A stretch of 64,000 bases of DNA from Candidatus Latescibacterota bacterium (GTDB lineage: Bacteria > Latescibacterota > UBA2968 > UBA8231). The DNA is taken from contig CBDCXV010000010.1 in the NCBI GenBank assembly GCA_965223905.1, positions 1,088,001 through 1,152,000 on the forward strand, written 5' to 3'. The notes beneath the pieces were generated by a model. The model was not told where the DNA came from. It worked only from the letters and a program-made list of their open reading frames with translations, and made no database searches. This document shows, one piece after another, positions 1-8,418 of this stretch; the stretch's first letter is position 1, and every line of letters begins with the position of its first letter. The position numbers and the translations under genes are program-made.

Positions 1-344
1 TCCATAGCGCCCAGTGCACGAGAAATGGTGGCCACATCGGGTAGACGACGTAACCCCAGCAGCCGCTGCACCAAGGGGTCGTCGCGGTAGTAGTCCACGT
101 CCCGCAAGCGCCGGAAGCCCAGCAGCAGATGGACGATGACTACCAAGACGATGCGATGCGGCCCAAAGATGGGGAAGCCCTTCAGGTGCTGGAAGCACTG
201 CTTCAGTCGGGCCTTCAGATCCAGACGCTGGAATAGCGCCACAAAGACAATCACGCCAGCAAACGATGTGAGCTGCTGATCTTCGAATCGGATAACCGGC
301 ATCTTGTGAAAACGGGCCAGAATTGCTTGTTTGCTGAACTTCAC
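1..344 (-). CDS. IS1380-family transposase, N-terminal part (not in ORF track)
   Basis: Hand translation from GTG 344 (AGGAGG SD upstream): VKFSKQAILARFHKMPVIRFEDQQLTSFAGVIVFVALFQRLDLKARLKQCF...HLLLGFRRLRDVDYYRDDPLVQRLLGLRRLPDVATISR. It is collinear with ORF 19102..20142. Confidence 0.9.
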   Translation of the reverse strand, partial: MKFSKQAILARFHKMPVIRFEDQQLTSFAGVIVFVALFQRLDLKARLKQCFQHLKGFPIFGPHRIVLVVIVHLLLGFRRLRDVDYYRDDPLVQRLLGLRRLPDVATISRALGAM

Positions 345-474
345 TTTTGGTGCCCTCCTGGATTGAGGGGGTTGGTGTCTTCGCTAACACCATAGATCCC
401 CATTCTTCAGAGGCACCGCAAGTGACAATGCGGCAGTTCATTCCCTCACATCCGCAATTCTTATGCAACTATGG
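1..474 (-). mobile_element. IS1380-family element, transposase-5' end only (runs off window start)
   Basis: The transposase N-terminus aligns with the IS at 18641-20197. The terminal motif TTATGCAAC-TATGG (461-474) resembles TTATGCAAC-CAGAGGG at the end of the second copy. The exact end is uncertain by a few bp. Confidence 0.85.
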
Positions 475-585
475 AGTGAAATCAGCAAGAACGGCCCCGT
501 CAAGGTAGGTTCGTCAGAATCAAGCGCTGTTGCCTCGTCTGCTGCTGTGCAGGCTGCTACAGGAACTCCCCAGACCTATGGCTGA
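475..585 (+). pseudogene. 3' remnant of an IS-interrupted gene ending in a C-terminal Gly (probable metallo-beta-lactamase partner of the E2-E1-JAB)
   Basis: Open frame directly after the IS end: EISKNGPVKVGSSESSAVASSAAVQAATGTPQTYG*. Its TAT GGC TGA overlaps the ATG (578) of the next gene. The identity of the full protein is inferred from context only. Confidence 0.6.
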
Positions 586-2923
586 TGATCTCCATACGTC
601 AAATCAAAAAATAGAGGAGCCCGCCAATCTCAGCCCTGCGATAAATGAAGCAATTCTTGATCTGAAGAAAGCATTTTCAGATCAAACCATTGATGCACTT
701 TCTTGGAATAAGCACTACATAGCCATACCGCTTGATGTAGCGGTTGATTTGCCCGCCCGTGGCCCGGTTGGCTCCTTAGATATTCAAAAGCGAGAGCCGA
801 TCTACTTACTCCTCCATCGCCAACACTATCCTCATAAGGCACCCTCAGCCTGGTCCAACCGCAAGAATTTTCCTGCATCCATGTTGCCCCACCTGAACCC
901 AACATCACCGGGAATGGCAGCCAACTTCTGCCTTCACCGGGGCAATTTTGATAACTGGTTCGCAGAACACACCATCGTTGATGTCGTCCAACGGATTCGT
1001 AGTTGGCTACGTGACGCAGCCCGTGACCGGCTGATTCGCAAAGAAGGTGGATTTGAGTTTACCCGCATTTCAGATACGCTTGGCTATACCATCTATGAAC
1101 CATCCGCCTTAACCGAGGTGGTCTATAAAACATGGCGCCAAAACAAGGGAACAGCAGGCTTTTGTTTCTTGTGGTACGACCTGCTGAAAAATCCGAGCAA
1201 AGACCCCCTCATCGCCAAGGATACCTACGCCATACGCCTGGCGTGCTCACTCCTTAGCGAAGACACTGCAAAGCCACGTGAAGTCAGCTTGAAACTCAAT
1301 GGCTTTCACTCAGAGGACAACAAACTGGAACGCATGCTCTTTGGAGTGTTGGCATGGCCTAGCAAGAGGCAGGTCTGCGGGAGATACTTCACAGAACTGC
1401 CTGATACGCTCCGTGCCTTCGTGGAGTGGGGTAAAAGCTTCGGCATTCCAACAAGAACCGCCTTGCAGACCTATCTGTCCAAAGACCTCCAGCTATTGGG
1501 CGGCGTCCCGGTCACAGTCGTCATCCCCAGACCTCAACGAGTTATTGGGTCCAGCTCTCGGCTTGAACTTTTGAATTTCACAGTCAACGCAGCTGGTGAC
1601 CACTGGCCCGAGGATGGAGAATGGAATCTTGATGCAAAGGTCACAAGTATAGGGCACCGAGTCCCTCTCACAGTCCGAAGGGCACGCGATATCTCCTCTC
1701 AACCAGAGGATGTGGACTTCGGTCGCCTACTGTTTCTTGGGTGTGGTGCTGTCGGCTCAAAGCTGGCCCTTCACTTGGCCAAGAGCGGACAGCCGAACAT
1801 GACCTTAGCTGATTACGATGAGCTGTCGCCACATAACCTGGTCAGGCACGGTCTGCTGCACGAAAGCACCGGGAGGAACAAAGCTGAAGCCGTCAAAGAA
1901 GCTATACAAGGGATATTTTACGCGGACAAATCAGTAAAGGTTGACACATACAAATCTTCTGCTTTAGACCTATTTCTCGGCCAGAATCAGAGCATCCTAA
2001 AAGCTCACAAATGGATTATTGATGCCACTGCTTCTTCAATGATGCTGAATGCGTTGAGCCAGGCTAAGATTCCCGATACTCTCGCCTGCTGTCGCTGCGA
2101 AATAGCAGACCATGGCCAACTCGGTTTCTTGAGCGTAGAGGGTGCCAACCGGAACCCGCGACTTGATGACCTTCAGATAATCCTCTTTGATATGGCGCTC
2201 AAGCATCCTCTGCTGTCACAATGGCTCCAAGAAAACAAAGAACAGCGTGAACAGCAAATTGGTTCCGCGCTTGAGGAAATTAACATTGGCATTAGCTGTA
2301 GTTCCGAAACTATGCGCCTTTCAGATGAACTTGTATCACTGCACGCTGCTTCGTTTGCCACTGGTTTCCGTAGTTGTGCGAAGAAAGGAATACCGAACAG
2401 CGCAGGCAGAATACAAGTTAGTGAGTATTGCGAAAAAGGACAATTGACCAGTATTGTCCAGCACTACGATGTTGGGGCAATGACGGTCGTCTCCGCCCGT
2501 AATGATCCATCGTGGCAAGTGCGCCTCAAACATGGTCTTGTAGCAAAAATGCAAATTCTACTCCGCCATGCTAAGCCAAACGAGACAGGCGGCCTTTTAA
2601 TCGGCATGGTCCATTTCAAACGCAAGACTGTTTATATCACCCGTGTTTTGCCTGCACCTGCAGACAGTGTATCCAGCCCTTACGCATTTGTGCGTGGCAT
2701 TCAAGATCTCCCGGAAACCGTATACAAGATTCAAAACCTCACTGGTGGAATGCTCGGTTATGTAGGAGAATGGCACACACATCCAGACGGAGGACCAAAC
2801 TTGAGCTTGACAGACAGAGAAGCAGTTGAGAAAGTTAAATCAAACTTGGATAGCATTCCTCTGCCCACGCACGTAATGATTGTTACAGCCCGTGGCATTT
2901 ATCCCCATATTTTCACTCCCTGA
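578..2923 (+). CDS. Prokaryotic E2 - ThiF/E1 - JAB peptidase fusion (Cap2+Cap3-like; 6A-MBL/Pycsar/CBASS-type ubiquitin-like machinery)
   Basis: E2-like YPxxAP...FP...PHLN...FCL with Cys; E1 GCGAVGS, DYDELSPHNLVRH and a distal GISCSS Cys; JAB ETGGLLIG...YVGEWHTHP...S..D. ATG 578 is preferred over TTG 530. Confidence 0.9.
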   Translation: MADDLHTSNQKIEEPANLSPAINEAILDLKKAFSDQTIDALSWNKHYIAIPLDVAVDLPARGPVGSLDIQKREPIYLLLHRQHYPHKAPSAWSNRKNFPASMLPHLNPTSPGMAANFCLHRGNFDNWFAEHTIVDVVQRIRSWLRDAARDRLIRKEGGFEFTRISDTLGYTIYEPSALTEVVYKTWRQNKGTAGFCFLWYDLLKNPSKDPLIAKDTYAIRLACSLLSEDTAKPREVSLKLNGFHSEDNKLERMLFGVLAWPSKRQVCGRYFTELPDTLRAFVEWGKSFGIPTRTALQTYLSKDLQLLGGVPVTVVIPRPQRVIGSSSRLELLNFTVNAAGDHWPEDGEWNLDAKVTSIGHRVPLTVRRARDISSQPEDVDFGRLLFLGCGAVGSKLALHLAKSGQPNMTLADYDELSPHNLVRHGLLHESTGRNKAEAVKEAIQGIFYADKSVKVDTYKSSALDLFLGQNQSILKAHKWIIDATASSMMLNALSQAKIPDTLACCRCEIADHGQLGFLSVEGANRNPRLDDLQIILFDMALKHPLLSQWLQENKEQREQQIGSALEEINIGISCSSETMRLSDELVSLHAASFATGFRSCAKKGIPNSAGRIQVSEYCEKGQLTSIVQHYDVGAMTVVSARNDPSWQVRLKHGLVAKMQILLRHAKPNETGGLLIGMVHFKRKTVYITRVLPAPADSVSSPYAFVRGIQDLPETVYKIQNLTGGMLGYVGEWHTHPDGGPNLSLTDREAVEKVKSNLDSIPLPTHVMIVTARGIYPHIFTP

Positions 2924-2945
2924 CATAAATCGTATCGCAAGCATT

Positions 2946-3599
2946 ATGAAAAAACTTGATATCTACCAAACGCTCGCTGTCTTCATGCCGGGCTACTTTT
3001 TTGCTTTTGGCTCCTACATACTTCTGCACAGGCTTGGTGTTGCCATGCCATTTGAGATTTCGTCTATCGGCGGCAGCATTGCCTTGATTGTTATGGCCTA
3101 CGTCATCGGGCAACTGGTCCAAGTAGTTGGTAATGCTTTTGAGTGGCTATGGCGCAAAGTGCGCCCTGTACCTTCGGTGAGAATTCAAAAAGGAGATGAA
3201 AAGATTCTGACCTCACATCAACGTCAGCAACTCATTGACGCTATGAAGCAAAAGGTTGGCTTGCCCGACGGTGATGTCTCCAAACTACCCCGAAGCGAAT
3301 GGTTTTCATACGTAGGTTCAGTGGCCTCAGCAGTCCGTCAAGCAAAGCAAATGGAACAGGTGGATATCTTCAGTGCGCACTGTGGAATGTTTAGAGGACT
3401 CGTGGCCGCAAGTTTTCTCCTCGCTCTCGGCTCGTGGCTCCTTTTGGGAGAACAATGGCACCTGCCTGTTGCTACACTTATTGTGCTTGGTCTTCTTGCG
3501 CTCTACCGAATGGACCGCTTTGATAAGAATTACGCCAGAGAGTTGGTCCGACAGTTTCTGCAAATTGCAAGACAGGAAAACACAGACCAGAAGGACTAG
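2946..3599 (+). CDS. Four-transmembrane protein, putative defence effector
   Basis: Two N-terminal and two C-terminal hydrophobic helices around a soluble loop. It starts 22 nt after the JAB gene on the same strand. Confidence 0.75.
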   Translation: MKKLDIYQTLAVFMPGYFFAFGSYILLHRLGVAMPFEISSIGGSIALIVMAYVIGQLVQVVGNAFEWLWRKVRPVPSVRIQKGDEKILTSHQRQQLIDAMKQKVGLPDGDVSKLPRSEWFSYVGSVASAVRQAKQMEQVDIFSAHCGMFRGLVAASFLLALGSWLLLGEQWHLPVATLIVLGLLALYRMDRFDKNYARELVRQFLQIARQENTDQKD

Positions 3600-3629
3600 G
3601 GAATTAGCGAAAGATCGGAATTTTAGGTC

Positions 3630-3902
3630 CTATAACTCAATCCGCACGATCAGCTTGCCATCCAAACTCTCGTCCCGCAAATATCCTTCTTCCTCTAATT
3701 GCTCCAGCCAGCGTTTTAGTTCCACTACAGACACGCTGATTTCTTCGGCTATACGCTGAAAAGATGCCCGGTAATAGCCGGTTTTGGGGTTCATCCGGGT
3801 GAGAATGTAAAGGTAAAACCACAAGGCCTGTCCTTGCTGTTCAAAGTCCTGCAGGAACTTCCTTGGCCAGGTCCTGGAGTAAATTGTCAGTTGCTCTGCC
3901 AT
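3630..3902 (-). CDS. Small winged-HTH DNA-binding protein
   Basis: SFQRIAEEISVSVVELKRWLEQLEEEGYL is an HTH/wing pattern; 90 aa. Confidence 0.65.
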   Translation of the reverse strand: MAEQLTIYSRTWPRKFLQDFEQQGQALWFYLYILTRMNPKTGYYRASFQRIAEEISVSVVELKRWLEQLEEEGYLRDESLDGKLIVRIEL

Positions 3903-4012
3903 CTATCTCTACCATAGCAGATAGACGACGCAAGGGAACTGGGGCAGAGTTGCTCGGGCAGACGCGATGGGTCAGTCGCTTTATGCACCTATATTTGTGC
4001 TCCGACGCCGTT

Positions 4013-4041
4013 TTGAATACAGTCTGCGACTTCGGTATGAT
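4013..4041 (+). promoter_or_regulatory. Sigma70-type promoter
   Basis: TTGAAT-N17-TATGAT upstream of the AAGGAG RBS and ATG 4105. Confidence 0.55.
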
Positions 4042-4104
4042 ACTTCAGAGCCACCGACAGTGCGGTACGTCCATAGTCGCCAATTCCAAGGAGCTTCTAT
4101 CAAG

Positions 4105-4527
4105 ATGCCAGATATCTCAACCGTCCTAAAACAAGAAATCACTCGCCTCGCAAAAAAAGAGCTCAAACCAATTGCTGGAAGCCAGTCAAAACAAATTCAA
4201 GCTTTGAAAGCCACGGTTAGAGATTTGAAAGGCCAAATCGCTGCCATACAGAAATCTCTCACTAATGCTGCTACTCCTCAACCGTCACCGCCAGAGCAAG
4301 AAGATGAACAAGGAGCAATCCGCATCAGTCCAACGTCAATCAAGAAACACAGAAAACGCCTCCGACTTTCCCAGGCTCAATTGGGAAAGTTACTCGGAGT
4401 CAGCACTACTACCATCGTCTTCTGGGAAACTGGGAGGTCCTCTCCAAGTGGGACGAACAGGGAGCATATCGCCGAGTTGAGAGAAATGGGATTGCGGGAA
4501 GCAAAATCACTTTTAGAAACCATTTGA
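4105..4527 (+). CDS. XRE-family HTH regulator with N-terminal coiled coil
   Basis: N-terminus MPDISTVLKQEITRLAKKE; Cro/C1 HTH RKRLRLSQAQLGKLLGVSTTTIVFWETGRSSP; RBS supports a start at 4105. Confidence 0.85.
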   Translation: MPDISTVLKQEITRLAKKELKPIAGSQSKQIQALKATVRDLKGQIAAIQKSLTNAATPQPSPPEQEDEQGAIRISPTSIKKHRKRLRLSQAQLGKLLGVSTTTIVFWETGRSSPSGTNREHIAELREMGLREAKSLLETI

Positions 4528-4774
4528 AACACTTGGTTTATCTACCACGGGGCATCAATCTGACCTCCATCAACCCCCATAGCACAGTCACTCAATCTTG
4601 ATAATAGCCTTTGGAAATTTCTGCTTCAAAGCGGTAGATGCAGCTTTCCTGCCCAAAGCCAACGCCTCCTCCTCTGTCAGCCTTAACCGTTACTGTGAAA
4701 GTCGTGTCATTGACAAATTCCAAGCACTCCTAACTTCCTCCCAGTCACAACGGCACATTCCTGAACCCCAGAAT

Positions 4775-5461
4775 TCACACCTTGCTCGTCTTTGCCGATT
4801 GAGCCTTCGCATTTTGAACTCTTCTCTCGTTCCGCTTTTCGTACTCCAGACGCAACTGTTCATCCCGAGAAGGAAGATCATGATATATCTGCTGCGTAGC
4901 ATCACATATTTCTAATAATCCATGAACACGATCAAATCTCTTGGATGGACCATTTTCCCTCCAACAGCTTGGAGGGCCAAAATCACTCAAAAGCTCATTG
5001 CCCGTTAGAATCAAAACAGGATTAAGAGGGCGCTCACTCTTCCAGCGTTTCCTTCCAGCTTTGGCAATCCGAGTGATCTCCCGTAATTCCCGCTTATTTA
5101 ACTCTTTCCGCAGCGTGCAGAACGCAAGCACGGCTCCAGGAAACCTCTTCCCAATAGTTCGCATCCGCACAAAGTCCTTTTGCTCAAATGTGTCAAAGGT
5201 TTTGCACTCCCCAAAAATCACGCCTTCAGCAACACTTCCGAACAAAGATTCCTGCCACAAAATCCCGAAGTCTGCTTCCAATTTCTTGCCTTGCTCACCG
5301 TTGGCAATAAAACAATACGATGGCGTTACCTGTAGGCTATGCAATCGGCAAAGGAACTCCACGGCTAGCAGTACACAATATCCGCCATCAGCATGTCCGG
5401 GAATACTGAACGGTCCAGCTGTCTTGTAGTACCACACATTGCTTGAGCTAGTCCGAGACCC
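4775..5461 (-). pseudogene. C-terminal fragment of a protein with a PD-(D/E)xK-like nuclease motif
   Basis: EADF...IFGECKTF motif. There is no convincing start or RBS, and the frame closes at about 5462, next to the integrase fragment. Confidence 0.5.
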
Positions 5462-5477
5462 TCAAGCTCAACATTGA

Positions 5478-5936
5478 GTGATGGATTCAGTGGATCATTT
5501 GTTTCCCAGCCGCATGCGCATCGTCCGCAACCTCTGCCTGTATCGACAGAGGACGGAGCCACACTGCTTCATCCCAGACCTAGAGTTGTTCCCGCGCCCC
5601 CGTGCTCCGCGCCGTCCCTACGTCTTCAGCGAGCAGGATATGGTGCGGCTCCTGCATCACGCCGAGGACCTTGGTTCAAGCTCAAACTCACCGCTACGGG
5701 CCGAGGTTTATCGTCTCGCACTCGTCCTACTCTACACGGCCGGTCTGCGACGAGGCGAGCTCGTGCGCCTGACACTCTCCGACTACGATGCCGCGCAGCA
5801 AACCCTTCACATTCGGACCACCAAGTTCCACAAATCTCGGCTCGTGCCCCTGTCTCGCGACGCCGACCACGAGATGGACGCCTACCTCGAAGCACGTCGA
5901 CGGTTGCCGCACGGTCCGGATGCCCCTCTGCTGTAG
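5478..5936 (+). pseudogene. Internal fragment of a RIT-type tyrosine recombinase (RitB-like)
   Basis: PYVFSEQD...LLYTAGLRRGEL...IRTTKFHKSRLVPL. It lacks the HxxR and catalytic Tyr region and ends at a junction. Confidence 0.85.
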
Positions 5937-6031
5937 GAACTGATGGTGTGGCGGCTTGTCTGACGCTGCTGCATCAGGCGCTGTGTAAAGAAACGCTCCA
6001 CTACCGCAGCGAAGTTGGAGGGAGTGGTCAT
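5934..6031 (-). pseudogene. N-terminal fragment of a RitC-like tyrosine recombinase
   Basis: Hand translation MTTPSNFAAVVERFFTQRLMQQRQTSRHTISSY. Its start overlaps the preceding stop (ATGA). Confidence 0.7.
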
Positions 6032-6202
6032 GACCGAGCCTCCAAGCAGTGCTCAAGCCGTCGCATCGCCTCGCGCATGAGCTCGGGCGAGCCGCTCAAA
6101 TACCACTGCGTATCGGCAACATGCACGTGGCCGAGGTAGGCGGACAAGAGAGGCACACGCCGCTCGGGATCTTGACCGGCTCGATACCACCCAACGAGCG
6201 TC
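6028..6202 (-). pseudogene. C-terminal fragment of a RitB-like tyrosine recombinase
   Basis: WYRAGQDPERRVPLLSAYLGHVHVADTQWYL carries LGH and the catalytic Tyr. The upstream part of ORF 6028..6555 is not recombinase-like. Confidence 0.8.
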
Positions 6203-6866
6203 TTGGGTGTAGCATCGCTTTTACGCAGCGATTCTGTCGGGCATGTGTAAATGTGGTCTGCTGCAAGTACCAGTTCCAGAAGCCCTCCCATCGTTTCGAA
6301 TGCACCTGGACTCGTAGGTGGAAGTCCGCTGCACCTACCTGAGGGCTCACCGCGAGGAGGATGAACGGCAGCAGGCCTTTGAGAAGAGTATATCTGTTGT
6401 CGGTGACCCTCTTCGCCAATGGCGGTGCAGAATGTAACCTTAAAGAAGATCGAAGAAGAACCTGAACACCTGCAAGAGAGAATCGGATTTCTGTCTCCGT
6501 CGGTCGTACGGCTCGAGACTTGAGGCAGGAATCCAAATGCCCCGAGCTTCTTCACAGCATTCTCGCGAGCAGTCGATATGGGAAATTCAGGAGGGGACTG
6601 CGGTCACGCTATTTGTTGACGACATTACAGAGATTGAGAAAACGTACCCAGGCCAGCGCTGAACGCACATCAGCACATTTGAGGACCCCAAAGCCCATGA
6701 TGTGGGCCCGTCATACGATTTGGGCTGAACGGACGAATCTGGCACAATCGCAGGTGGAACATGATGCGACCTGCGAATCATCACAGCTATTCGTCGTGTC
6801 ACAGAGGGAGGCCCTTGAGACTCCAACGATGGCACCAAACAGCATTCGTGGCGAGTTTGGTTCAGT

Positions 6867-8165
6867 CTATCGTGAGTCGCTTGGAGCGTCGGTGAGGGGC
6901 GTCGGCGGCGTCTGCACTCGCGTGTAGAGGATCGCGTCGAGCACTTGCGGCCAAACGGCCTCCATGCTTCTGCCGTAGCCTATCAGCGAACAGAAGCACG
7001 GCTTCGCGAAAGGGCCCGGCCGCCGCAGGTCGACGAAGAGCGGCGTCTTGCCGTATCGGGCGCAGATGTCTTCGAAACTGCCCGGTGCTGGCTCGTCGAG
7101 CACGAAGCCGCGCCCGAAGCGTCCCGCCTGGCCCTCAGATGCAGCAAAGCCGATGGTGTAAACCCGCTCCCCGTACCACCCGTGCAGGTACTCCCCCATT
7201 GCCTTGCAGCCTCGGCAGAAGTCATCGTTGCCCTCTACGGAGACTTTGGTCAGGTTGTGCGCCTGATGGAATGTCGCTGCCCAGCAGATGATCTTCTTGT
7301 CGGGATAGCGCTCTTCGGCGAGCCAACGGAAGTTCTCGGCCATCCGGCCGTCGCGCATGTTCGTCGTGCCGTACCGACCGTGCTTTTGGGCGGAGTCGGG
7401 CGCGCCTTGCGCGTACTCGAACCTCTCGCGGGCGACGTAGTTGTCGAGGCAGTGCGACCAAAACGCGGTCTCCCTCTCCCCGTGCTTTGCCACCAGCGTG
7501 GGGCGGCTGTCGTCGAAGAGTTCACGCACGCGGCCGAGGGCGGCGACAGCCGCATCGTGCTCCCCCAGAGACGGCTTGTAGGGCCCGGCATTGAGCCGGG
7601 CGTCGGCGCGGAAGAGGGTGATTCTGTCGTCGGTGGAGATCTCCCCGACCGGCCTGAGCATATCATAGAGACGGATCAGAAATTCGCCCGCCAGCCGGCC
7701 CGAGCCGCGTGTGTCGAAGCCGGTGAGGCGAAGGGGCCGCCTCCCCCGGGTGCTTACGAGGTGCTCGAAGACCGGCAGCGCTTCCTTCACATTCCAGATC
7801 CCGAAGATCGAGGCGCGAATCGCGTCAAGCGCCAGCCCATTCTCGATTAGCGCATTCGCCATCTCGCACTCGTAGAGCCCCGACTCGAAGGCGAGCACCT
7901 CGAATCCCATCTCCTCGTGGAGGAAGCGGACGAGCCGCGCCTTGGCGCGGAAGGACTGACCGTCCCCGTGGCTCTGCTCTCCGAGCTGGACGATTCTCAC
8001 ATCCTTGAGGATCCGTTTGAGGGGGGCGAGGTCTCTTGTTCCGGCATTGAAGTCCAGGGTATGGAGACGCAGGGCGTGGCGGTCGAACCAACCCTTCAGC
8101 TCGTGGCCGAGCGGCTGCGAACCCTCTTCCAGGTGCAGTGGCGTAGCGGGGGCAGCCATACTCAC
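6867..8165 (-). CDS. Erythromycin esterase family protein
   Basis: VQLGEQSHG, GFEVLAFESG, GFD, RDGRMAEN, WAATFH and YTIGF motifs. The start is uncertain. Confidence 0.85.
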   Translation of the reverse strand: MSMAAPATPLHLEEGSQPLGHELKGWFDRHALRLHTLDFNAGTRDLAPLKRILKDVRIVQLGEQSHGDGQSFRAKARLVRFLHEEMGFEVLAFESGLYECEMANALIENGLALDAIRASIFGIWNVKEALPVFEHLVSTRGRRPLRLTGFDTRGSGRLAGEFLIRLYDMLRPVGEISTDDRITLFRADARLNAGPYKPSLGEHDAAVAALGRVRELFDDSRPTLVAKHGERETAFWSHCLDNYVARERFEYAQGAPDSAQKHGRYGTTNMRDGRMAENFRWLAEERYPDKKIICWAATFHQAHNLTKVSVEGNDDFCRGCKAMGEYLHGWYGERVYTIGFAASEGQAGRFGRGFVLDEPAPGSFEDICARYGKTPLFVDLRRPGPFAKPCFCSLIGYGRSMEAVWPQVLDAILYTRVQTPPTPLTDAPSDSR

Positions 8166-8418
8166 GCGCGAACCGGCTCTTGGGATGGTCCGTTCTTCTG
8201 AGGTTCGACTGGCAGGACGCCGTGGATTTGGCTTCTTCGTCTACTCATCGACACAGCAAGCGTCCTACCACAGATCCTCGATTCCATGTCGTCGTCAATG
8301 GCACTCGCTTGAATCACAAGGACAATCAGCAGGGCATCCATGGCCACCAGCCCTCCTTTTGCGCCGGCAGGTTGGTCTTCAACGTGGTGATGTCGGTATC
8401 GGGATCGTGGGAGCGCTC

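Noticed and set aside
530-577. TTG start at 530 for the E2-E1-JAB protein
   Set aside because: This stretch is better explained as the tail of the upstream gene in another frame, and ATG 578 overlaps that gene's stop.
6867-8165. Calling it ereA/ereB (macrolide resistance)
   Set aside because: Only family-level motifs are visible, and many members of the family do not hydrolyse macrolides.
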